From Blepharisma stoltei ATCC 30299 (Eukaryota > Protista > Ciliophora): a DNA stretch of 64,000 bases. This document shows, one piece after another, positions 13,061-22,730 of the stretch. The stretch lies in contig CBFDEM010000024.1 in assembly GCA_965603825.1 (NCBI GenBank), positions 585,525-649,524 on the forward strand. The letters run 5' to 3'. How positions within the stretch are numbered: position 1 is the stretch's first letter; each line of letters begins with the position of its first letter. The translations under genes and the position numbers were made by a program. The notes below the pieces were generated by a model. It made no database searches. It saw only the letters and a program-made list of their open reading frames with translations, and was not told the DNA's origin.

Positions 13061-14941
13061 ATGAGTAACCAAGATCTCAATGAACAATACAAGGAGATGC
13101 TAGGCAATATAGCATTAAGTGGAAAGGTTTTCTTAAAAGTCCTGGGAAATGCTGCACGTTTGACCTTCAATACTGCAGTTTTTCTTTTGAGTTGTGGATC
13201 TCTGGTTCGATGGAAACAGCCTCAAGCAAGAAATCCTCCTGAAAAAGCTCCAATTCAGAAGAATAAGAGCAAATCTCCACAAGTGAACCCAGATTCAACT
13301 GATAGCAGTGGAAATTCTGCTGTGGATGATACTGAAGATGCATTGAGATATCAAGTTCGACAGGAGCTTCAAACATCAATTCCAAGAACCGCATCAAGAG
13401 ATATGTTAAACAGGCTCATTCAAAGTCATGAATTCAGCCAAAGAGAAAGCTGGGTTGACAATCGACAGCAAGAAGAAGACATAATCGTCATCCCGTCTTT
13501 ATCTATAGATCAAGGCGAACTCCAAAAAATCACAGCAGTCGGGTGCTATGAAGAAAGGCAGCTATGCACACTATTTTACTTAAAAAACCCAAGGTGTAGG
13601 CTGGTTTATGTTACAAGTATGCCAGTCGATAAAGCTATTGTCGATTATTATCTAAATCTACTTGAAGAAAACTCGATAGTTACCGCAAACCAAGCGTCAA
13701 AAAGGCTTCTATTGCTCAGTTGTAACGACAGTTCTCCAATCCCACTAACCTCAAAAATCCTAAGAAGGCCTAAACTTATCCAAAAAATAAAAAATTTCAT
13801 CAACCCTATCAAATCCCATATGATTTGCTTTATCAGCTCAAACCTCGAAAGAGATTTAGCCTTACAGCTAAGCGTCCCACTTTTCGCTAATGACCCTTCA
13901 CTAACCTATTGGGGAACCAAAATTGGGTCCAGAAAAGCCTTTGAAAAAGCTGGCATAAAATTGCCAAGAGGGACACAGCTAGTCCACTCAGCTGAAAATT
14001 TGGCTAATGAAATAGCAAAACTTTATAAGGAAAGAAATTTTGAGGTACAAAAATTCGTAGTAAAGCTTAATATTGGCTTTTCTGGGGAAGGAAATGCTAT
14101 CATAAGAAGCAAATTTTTTGATAAAAATGATTTGGAGACGTCAATTTTGGAAGCTTTATGCACACATTTGGAATATGTTTATAAGAAAGAAACATGGCAA
14201 ACTTTTGTCCAGAAAATAATCCGTTTAGGAGTGCTAGCGGAGGAATGGATAGAAAATGCAGTGGAATCGCCATCATGCCAAGCTTTGATAAACCCGAAAG
14301 GAAAAATTGAAGTTTTATCAACCCATGAGCAGTTATTAGCTGATGGGCTTACTTATATGGGCTGTGTTTTCCCTGCTTCTGAGGAGTATAGAAAGATTAT
14401 TATGGAAAATACTTTGAAAATTGGACAAGTTTTAGCCAAAAAAGGATGCAAAGAACGCTTTGCTGTTGATTATGTAGTAAGACAAGAAGAAGGGGTTTGG
14501 GCAGCTTATGCTATAGAAATCAATTTAAGGTGGGGTGGGACTAGCCATCCTATGATTACAGCAAAAAATTTAACTGATGCCCAGCTGACTGAAGATGGCA
14601 TATTATTAGGAGCCGATGACCAAGCGAAATTTTATATAGCCACAGATACTGTTCAGAATGACGTCTATACAGGACTTACCCCAGCCGATTTCTTAGACTT
14701 CGTTAATTCTAACAAAGAGCTACAATTTGACAACGAAAATGCGGCTGGCGTTGTTTTCCATTTACTATCTGCAATTTCTGTATATGGAAAATTCGGGTTT
14801 ACAGCAATTGGAAATTCTGCTGAAGAAGCGAAGGCTATTTTTGATAGAGCGCTGCAAGTATTGGAAAGAGAAGCAAACCAAATCAGCTCACAGAAAAAGT
14901 TCACAGAGCTAGACCAAGTTATCCAGACACCAGATGATTAA
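13061..14941 (+). CDS. ATP-grasp carboxylate-amine/peptide ligase, PGM1-related (IQCH-like fold), 626 aa
   Basis: Uninterrupted ORF with YEERQL..LKNPRCRLVYVTS, YWGTKIGSRKAF, VVKLNIGFSGEGNA, SPSCQ, STHEQLL...YMGCVFPA, AIEINLRWGGTSHP, GVVFHLLSA...GKFGFTAIGNS. Confidence 0.8.
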   Translation: MSNQDLNEQYKEMLGNIALSGKVFLKVLGNAARLTFNTAVFLLSCGSLVRWKQPQARNPPEKAPIQKNKSKSPQVNPDSTDSSGNSAVDDTEDALRYQVRQELQTSIPRTASRDMLNRLIQSHEFSQRESWVDNRQQEEDIIVIPSLSIDQGELQKITAVGCYEERQLCTLFYLKNPRCRLVYVTSMPVDKAIVDYYLNLLEENSIVTANQASKRLLLLSCNDSSPIPLTSKILRRPKLIQKIKNFINPIKSHMICFISSNLERDLALQLSVPLFANDPSLTYWGTKIGSRKAFEKAGIKLPRGTQLVHSAENLANEIAKLYKERNFEVQKFVVKLNIGFSGEGNAIIRSKFFDKNDLETSILEALCTHLEYVYKKETWQTFVQKIIRLGVLAEEWIENAVESPSCQALINPKGKIEVLSTHEQLLADGLTYMGCVFPASEEYRKIIMENTLKIGQVLAKKGCKERFAVDYVVRQEEGVWAAYAIEINLRWGGTSHPMITAKNLTDAQLTEDGILLGADDQAKFYIATDTVQNDVYTGLTPADFLDFVNSNKELQFDNENAAGVVFHLLSAISVYGKFGFTAIGNSAEEAKAIFDRALQVLEREANQISSQKKFTELDQVIQTPDD

Positions 14942-16466
14942 TTATATGATTTAAACAAATATTTTTAGAAAATAACTTTTTTAGGTTATTACTTTTTAAT
15001 TAGAGTGTAGAATTTTGAATTTTCTTATGGATTGCAGTAGCAGTCCTTCAAAAATAAATCTAGCATTAATCCTCTTGCTGCATGCTTTATTTGATTCCAA
15101 AATGAGTCTTGTAAAACTACATTATTGAAATATCTGTACTCTCTTCTTAAAATATCTCAAATAGGCAATAAGCCAATTCTAAATTATCTTTTTAAAAGAA
15201 TTGTTGAAAGCATTTTTTGTAATGTTGAGTGACTACTCACTATGGGTGAAGCAACTGAAAGGATTGGGAGTCTTTATGATAAAATTTTGTAATAATAAAT
15301 ACTTGAGGATGCTTTCACATAATTAGCACTTTTACTTAAGAATCGCTGCGTCCATTAACAACATTATGATCTTTCATGTATATTTCCTGATAAATACATA
15401 AGACTTTTAAAAGCAGTCTCTAATAAGTCCTCTCCAAAGACTTGGTATGAAAGGCCATAATCTTGATAACAGCATAGGACTACTTACCTAATTGCATTGC
15501 TTCAAAAAGAATTGATTTCCTCCTACAATTTTCATTTAGCAATAAACTGCCAAAACTTTTAATCACTAATCAGCTTGCAGCTATGATGGATTTTTTATCA
15601 ATAAGAGTCAAGCAATGCTAGCCTTTACAATTCAATTCTTTTGAAAATGTCATGGTGGCTAATCCAAAAATTTTCAGCTGCCTCCCACATCATAATAAAT
15701 AATATAATCTTGAACCAGTTTTTCACCAAGTTGCAATAAGCCTTAAAACTATAGCAATTTCCTTGTGATAGCTTTTTTTTCTTTCATTTCACAAATCAAA
15801 AAATAGATTGTTGCGTAAACAAATTATGAGAAACTTTATCAATAATACCCAGATAAGAAAGATTGCTTATGAAGATAGAGAAGACTCAAAAACAGTGCTT
15901 CAACTGGTAAAAATAGTGGACCATCAAAAAATGATTAAAATGATGGCTTAATAGCAAAAATGATGGATCAATCTCCTAACAAAATCTATCAGCCACTTGT
16001 TAGAGTATTATTATTTGAATATTTTGTGTCAATAAGAACATTAGGTAAAGCTAAATAAAAATTTGCAAAACTTATCAAAACAAATTTTTAGCATTTTATA
16101 TCATATTTCTAATAAATAAAAGACCTTTAGACGCAAGATCAGTTTGAAATTGTTATCCCGTATTCCAATCTTCTCATGGAGACACAAATACTATTGCAGG
16201 TTTTTTCAAATCTTTGTAATATCCATGCAATATAAATTCATCCAGCTGACGATGGGCTTTGAGAACAATTTTACCTGAGAGCATATTACACAGAAACCAC
16301 CTTAAGTTGAGCTTAAAATTACTTATTCTAAAAAATTATTACTTACTATTTATCAATTATCAAAGCCAGTTTTTATTAATTTTCCCGGGCTCTAATTCAT
16401 TGAGATGATGCATATCTATTAAAAACAGTGATTACATAATCTTCAGCTTTATAGATATTAAGCTTT

Positions 16467-16821
16467 CTATGGCTCATTCAAAATAGAATCGCTATCAAAT
16501 ATTGAAGGATCAACTGGGATATCAGTTGAGGCTGATGGCATCAAAAATCGACATTCTTCTAATGTCGAGCATAGCTCACTGGCAGAGTTTGTATCTATAT
16601 CATATTGCGTGCTCGCATCTTTTCTAATATAAAATTTACTGTTGGGGTGATTCCTTACTTCTCTTTAATCTCATCTTTTGATGGTGCGATAAACATTGCT
16701 CAGGAGTTCTGGTGCCTACCTTCGTTGAAATTTCTTTTCAGGTTTTGCAAGATTTATAAGCTTCTTTATAACGTTGGTGCTCAGCTAGCGTTCATCGTCC
16801 TTTGCCTCGGTTTTTGCCCAT
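16467..16821 (-). CDS. Single-repeat MYB (SHAQKYF-class) DNA-binding protein (~112 aa), absent from the ORF track
   Basis: MGKNRGKGR-W(TGA)-TLAEHQRYKEAYKSCKT-W(TGA)-KEISTKVGTRTPEQCLSHHQKM. 16-nt intron 16624-16639 (gtaaattttatattag); TAG 16467-16469; spliced length 339 nt. Confidence 0.85.
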
Positions 16822-18232
16822 GTTAAGTTCAGCTGAAAAAGAGTTTTTATAAATGGTTTAAAATTATAATTCAATAAATGGTCAAACTAACTTTATTGAA
16901 TGTTCTGGTAAAAAATGGGTTGGATTATTAATCTGGGCAACTTAAAAGAAAGGGTAATAATGAAAATTTTGTGAATTGGGAATTGTTTTAAGCCATCATT
17001 TTTTGAATAAAAATAGGCAGAATTCTTGGAAATCCAAAGAATAAATAATACAAATTACAATTTAGGTAAATTAAGAGATAAGCTTATAGAGATTTTATTA
17101 AACTGAATAAGAAAATAATTTGTGAGATAGGCTTGGTAGATTGATTTGATTATTTTCCTCTCTATTGTGTTTATGCTTTCATTTAAAATCTTTAAAATCC
17201 CAATAGTGTAATTCATAGACAAATTTTCCACCTTTGCTTCTTTCTCTCTCAAGAGCTAATGTTATATCGGTTGCGTGCTATTTGGTTTGAGCGTTTTTGA
17301 TGGAAAGATATTTCTTCAAGTGTTTTTTGTCACATTTTTTTCCTTTTTATAAATTTGATAAATATTAACTATTTTTAACCGAGTCTGCATCTGCGATATT
17401 ATGAATCGAATTGGTGAGCAGGCAGAAGATAGTATTTATAGAAACAGAGCGAGCTTTTGTATAAGCGTTAATAGCATAAAATAGCAATTTTCCTCCTTTA
17501 AAAATCTATTCTTTAGGCTCTAGACGTTGAGGATCTTCTTTAACCTGCAAAATAATGTAGCATCAGCATATTTAAAGTTTTCCATCTAAGACGTCGTTAA
17601 TAATAAAAAATTCGATCTTCGATTATTTGGTGCATTTCAAATAAAAAGGCTATTGTCTACAAATGAATCACTATTAATCACGATTGCTTTAAAATAATAG
17701 AAACTTAGGGGAAGAGGAATTTTCTCTTATCCCCCTCCTAAGACAAAATTTCTTTTCAGATTAATTTATTTTGAAGAAGATCTATAATGCTGATTAAGTG
17801 ATATAGAATTGCATTTTGTAATATAAGAATTTTTAAAAAACCTGCCAATGCTTTATCTGATTCCAATCTATTTTTGAATAATATTCGATAATTGGATGGA
17901 CTCTTATATCTGCGAAGCAAGGATCTATAAAAAATAGACTCAAATTCCATTTCGTGGTTGCTCAGATAACTCTTGGGAATATAACTAGTCCTTGCCAGTG
18001 ACATTTTTTGGACATAAAGCATTTACTTTTTTCTAAAAAATAGTGCAGTTGATCATGGCAATTGCTGGCTTATCCAATCCTCTTGACATCGAAATTATAT
18101 CCTCTATTATTTCCATAAGGTATATTGACCGCAATTCTTTCTAGGGTATTTTATCGATATTTGTTAAGCAATAAATATATCATAGCATTTAAATTAATAC
18201 TTTTCATATTCTAACCTGATATAAAATCAAAA

Positions 18233-19237
18233 TTAATGTTTGTTATGCAATCTATTAAACCCAAAAGCCACTTTCTTTACTTCAGGTCGAATTATCTGTA
18301 TTGTTGTATGACAAATTTTAAACTTTTCTTTACAAACCTGTGTAGCTGCTTCTAACGAAATTTCCGGGGAATTAGAAATCAAATGGCAGGATAGCGAAGT
18401 ATTGCCTGCGCTTAAGCTTCATACATGTAAATCGTCTAAATTAATAACTCCTTCAACCTATTTATATAATACTTTTTTAAGAGCCTCTTTTATTTCTTTT
18501 ATTTTTACCCCTTTAGGGGTTGCCTCCAGCAATATTCCTATGCATTCTTTAATTATCGGGAATGTTGTAAAAGTTACAATAATAGAAAATAATAAAGTGC
18601 ATAAAGGGTCTGCTAGGCTTCAGGTAGGCTCGATAAAAATAATTATTGATGCTATTATAACTCCTATGCTTTGTAAAATATCGCCAAGAATATGTAGAGC
18701 TGCAGCTCGGATATTGAGGTCTCCATGCTCGTGATGATGATGATGATGATGATGATCGTGATGGGAATGAGAACTGTGAAGGACTTTTCCCATTATTATA
18801 TTGCAAAGGAGCCCAACAATTGCAGTGATCAGCATAATAAACCCGTCTACCTTTTCTGGGACGATTATTCTATAGATAGCTTCATATAGCAAAAAGGAGG
18901 TTAATATCAATATTAAAATGATGCTCATCAAGGCACCTATGACTTCTGCTCTGTGATATCCAAATGACATTGTCCTTGAAGCTGGTCTTGCTGCTAATAA
19001 AAGAGAAAATACGCTTATCCCAAATCCCAAAAGGTCTGATAGCATATGGGCTGCATCAGTCAAGATTGCCAAAGAATTGGCTAAAACTCCACCTATGACT
19101 TCAGAAATCATGAAAAGTGTGCATATTGCAGAGACGACATAAAGCTTTTTAAGTGATGCTGTTTTATTATTTCGCCTTATCAAAATTTTGGTTTCGTCAT
19201 CAAAAACTAAAGGGTCAAATAAAACATTTTCTTTCAT
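18233..19237 (-). CDS. Cation diffusion facilitator (ZnT/SLC30-like zinc transporter, ~329 aa)
   Basis: SLAILTDAAHMLSD, SFGYHRAEVIGAL, His-rich loop, NIRAAALHILGD, LHVW(TGA)SL, HTTIQI. 15-nt intron 18458-18472. Confidence 0.93.
18731..18755 (-). repeat. (CAT)n trinucleotide run encoding the poly-His loop of the CDF transporter
   Basis: gtgatgatgatgatgatgatgatga on the + strand; encodes HHDHHHHHHHHEH. Confidence 0.85.
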
Positions 19238-19345
19238 TTAATTTAAACTTTATAGGTTCTTCAATATTTTGATATGGAAATTGCATTTATAATAGATACC
19301 ATTTAATCAATTTACAAATTAAAAAAATTTAAAAATCGCAAATCT

Positions 19346-20866
19346 TTAAGATTGATTACTCAAAAGCTTCATTTTTGCTCTTACCGACTCAATTAGCATA
19401 TCGTTAACTTGCTCTTCAAGATTAATTGCTTGTGAGTACAAAGGTGTAATTGATTTGGCGATAATTTCCCTTTTTCTTGCTAATTTTTCTATATGACTCG
19501 CTTGGTCTTGGATATTTTTTATTCCTTTTTCCATCTCATAATCCCAATTTATATTAGCTTTTTCTCCAATAGGATACTCCACACTTATATTTGATCTATA
19601 TTTTCTCCTTTCAGCCAGATAGTCCACGATTTTTGCTTTATTCTTTATCTCAGGCACCACACTTTTTGCTTGGGAATGCCTCTTTTGGCTATGAATTTCT
19701 GTATCTTGTCTTATGACAGATAAACTTCTATTTACCTTCAGCTTTTCCTGCTTTATGATATTTCCCTTCTTTCTTTTTTCTATTTTCATCAATAATTCAT
19801 ATCTTTTTTTCATATCAATAACTGGTGTGAACATTTCTTTTACAATTTCTGCATAGTTTCTTTGTTTTTGGCTCATTATTTTTTTCTCATAAGCTTCTCT
19901 ATCTTTTTCTAACTTTTCCTTTTTTTGCTGTTCTATGGCTTTGATTAATGATGTTGTTTGTAGCTGTGCAATCGTGGCTGCGTCGATTTTTTCGTCAGTT
20001 TTTTTCTCTGATTTTTCTTTTTCACGTCTTTTTTCAGCTTCTTTATGAATTTCTTCAAGTTTTTGTGCATGGCATTCTAGATCATCATGACTTAAAGGTC
20101 TATATAACAGATGAATTTTCGCAAGCTCAGTTTTTCGCTTTTCCAGTTCTGGAAGCTCGATATTTGTTTTGAATTTTTCTTCTAAAACTTGAAAAGTTGG
20201 TTTCTCAAAGGATTTTTGTGAGGATTCTTTGAGAAATTTTCGCATTTCTTTTATATTTTCTTTTCTTTCCTGAGCTTTTATTTTCAATTCTTCTAGCTTT
20301 TTCTGCTTCAAAATTCTTGCTTCTTCTTCCATTTCTTGTTTTGCCAGCATCAATTCTTCTGCCTCTTTAATTAGTTTTTCCTGTCTTTGTGCTTCTAACT
20401 TTTCTATCACAATTTTTCGTTTTAATTTTTCTTCGTTGAGCCTTTTTGTCAATTCTTTGAATTTTTTTACTTTTTGTTGGTGCTCTTCTTCAGACTCATT
20501 TATTAATTTTTTATGACTTTGATGACTTGGCAATGATTGTTCAAGGAAGGAGATTGAGTCATCTAAAAGCTTTAATTGGCTTTTTAGATGTTTTTTTTTA
20601 GTCTTTGCTTCTTCAAGCTTTCTATGCTGCAACCTAAATGATACATCTTCTGATAACAAATTTTCAGATTGAGATTGCTGATGATCAGGCGTAACAATTC
20701 GATATTTTCTGGTTAAAATAGTAATACGCTTCGTAGCATTATGTTTAGCTTGTTCAAGTCTTGCTGCTAAAGCCTGCATAAATGTTACTCTATAAACGGG
20801 CTGTTCGAGATTTAAAACTTTAAGAGAATTTGTTAAAACTTGCAATGGAGTTTTGGGTTTTTGCAT
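19346..20866 (-). CDS. Uncharacterised K/E-rich coiled-coil protein (506 aa)
   Basis: Long uninterrupted ORF, charged and heptad-rich. Confidence 0.8.
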   Translation of the reverse strand: MQKPKTPLQVLTNSLKVLNLEQPVYRVTFMQALAARLEQAKHNATKRITILTRKYRIVTPDHQQSQSENLLSEDVSFRLQHRKLEEAKTKKKHLKSQLKLLDDSISFLEQSLPSHQSHKKLINESEEEHQQKVKKFKELTKRLNEEKLKRKIVIEKLEAQRQEKLIKEAEELMLAKQEMEEEARILKQKKLEELKIKAQERKENIKEMRKFLKESSQKSFEKPTFQVLEEKFKTNIELPELEKRKTELAKIHLLYRPLSHDDLECHAQKLEEIHKEAEKRREKEKSEKKTDEKIDAATIAQLQTTSLIKAIEQQKKEKLEKDREAYEKKIMSQKQRNYAEIVKEMFTPVIDMKKRYELLMKIEKRKKGNIIKQEKLKVNRSLSVIRQDTEIHSQKRHSQAKSVVPEIKNKAKIVDYLAERRKYRSNISVEYPIGEKANINWDYEMEKGIKNIQDQASHIEKLARKREIIAKSITPLYSQAINLEEQVNDMLIESVRAKMKLLSNQS

Positions 20867-21076
20867 TTATGTCATAAATTTATCTTCTTAAATTTTCACA
20901 TCAGCCCTAATATATATATATGGTTTAAATGAAATAGAATGATATTAAGACTTAGAAAAAAAAACTTAAGCCAGAAATTCTCATTCAATTGCCTTCACAT
21001 TTCTTAATAAGATATTAAGCGAGACTAAACGGTTAGTATGGCGACATAAGCTTGTAATAAAACGGGTAATAAAAAA

Positions 21077-21580
21077 ATGAAAACCAGCGAGTTCTTTTCT
21101 AATACCTTTTCTTATAAAGAAGCTTCATTTAGTAGCTCTCACTATATTTCGGCTGACGAGCTACTGCATGGTCATGAATATTATCTAACTTTATCACTGC
21201 AGTGAATCGCACTCAACAATGGTTTCAATCTAAATCCAAATTTTATTAAAAGTTTACTACTAGAAATCTGCAGCACTTTTAACCAGAAAATTATGATCCC
21301 TGAATTCTCAATCGATTTCCCAATCGAAGACTTCGATGATCATCTCAGAATAAATTTTCAAAATATTCATTTTGATTTCCCCAAAAGGAATTGCATAATG
21401 CTTCCGATCATCAGCACCACTTGTGAAGAGCTATCAAAATATTTTAGTAGAATAATCTTAGAAAGATTCTACCAAGAATTTAAAAGCAATCTAAGAATTG
21501 ACAATTTGAGGGTAACAGTGGCGGAACTCTATCAACAACAAGAAGGCACAACGGGGATTTGTATTAAATCTTGCAATTAA
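21077..21580 (+). CDS. 6-pyruvoyl-tetrahydropterin synthase family protein, PTPS-III-like (ExxHGH), 167 aa
   Basis: MKTSEFF...FSSSHYISADELLHGHEY; one TGA=Trp; in frame with the track ORF at 21293; C-terminal STTCEELSKYF and VTVAE. Confidence 0.8.
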
Positions 21581-22730
21581 TTTTAATAGAAACTTAAAGG
21601 TAATGATGTCATCGATTTATTGTTGGCTTATATGAAAATTAGCTGGTGAAAAAATATGAGAGCGCTTATTTCTTCAATAACTAAAGTTTTTTATAATAGC
21701 ATGAGTTCAATATTTATAGATTAAAACAGAAAGGCTTAGGCAAGTATTATATATGATTATCCGCAATATAAAATATTTCTTAAAAACTATAAGACTGCCA
21801 TTAGTCAGGTGAGAATGTTTATCTTTATTTTCTCTTGATTAGGAGTGAGAGAGTCGATAATTTTTCTTCGAAATCATAAATCTTTGTCGATAAAATTGAT
21901 TTTTAAATAATCTTAGCTTGAATCCATTTATCCATATTTATGACATCATAAGTCTTATGCCAACTTTAAGCTAGTTTTTATTTATGAATAAAATAGGGAA
22001 TTTGAAATTTCTAATACTTTTCCTCAATATACTCAATCTCTCTTTTATATACTCGCATTTATTTCCTTATCAAATGGACATATACTTTATTATAATAACA
22101 AAGGTGTGATAGTAAGAAAAAACTATATAAATAATAAACTTAAAAATTCTTTGGCATTTTTTGCTACCAAAACGAGACTTTAAAATATTGTTAATTCGAT
22201 TCCACTCAAGAAAGACAAAAATGTATTTCACCAAATTTAATGAGTTAGCTAAAAAAACTCTATTTTTTTTGTATTCAATATTCTCATGTTGGATGCTTAG
22301 GATTAGTTAAATCTAAATTTTGTTATGAGCCATCGTAATGAGGATTGCAAGTCTCAAAAGCTATTTCCTGCATCTAATAATAGGTAGGAGATAAAGCATA
22401 TAAAATACAAATAGAGTACCTTTAGTTCGAAATCATTTTTATATAGCTGCACTAGAAAATCTCATAGCTCTCCATTTAATTATATTTTATCATAATATTT
22501 TAAAATAAATTATAAAAACTGAAAGAAAGCTAAAAGTATTGCATAAAAAATATAAAAAGTTAATTTGCTTCCTTCCCTGGAAGCTCACAAAACCTTATCA
22601 ATTCCTATTTTCCCAAAAATTCAAAAAATTCTATCCAAATCCCCTAAAAACCCCAATTACTCAAACTCTCCTCAAAAACCCCTTTAACTTATTCACTTCT
22701 TTAAATTTGCTTAATCTCTCCTTTATAAAT

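Noticed and set aside
22539-22730. N-terminal extension of VPS8 in the ORF track
   Set aside because: Non-ATG start and G-less low-complexity leader; ATG 22731 is more plausible.
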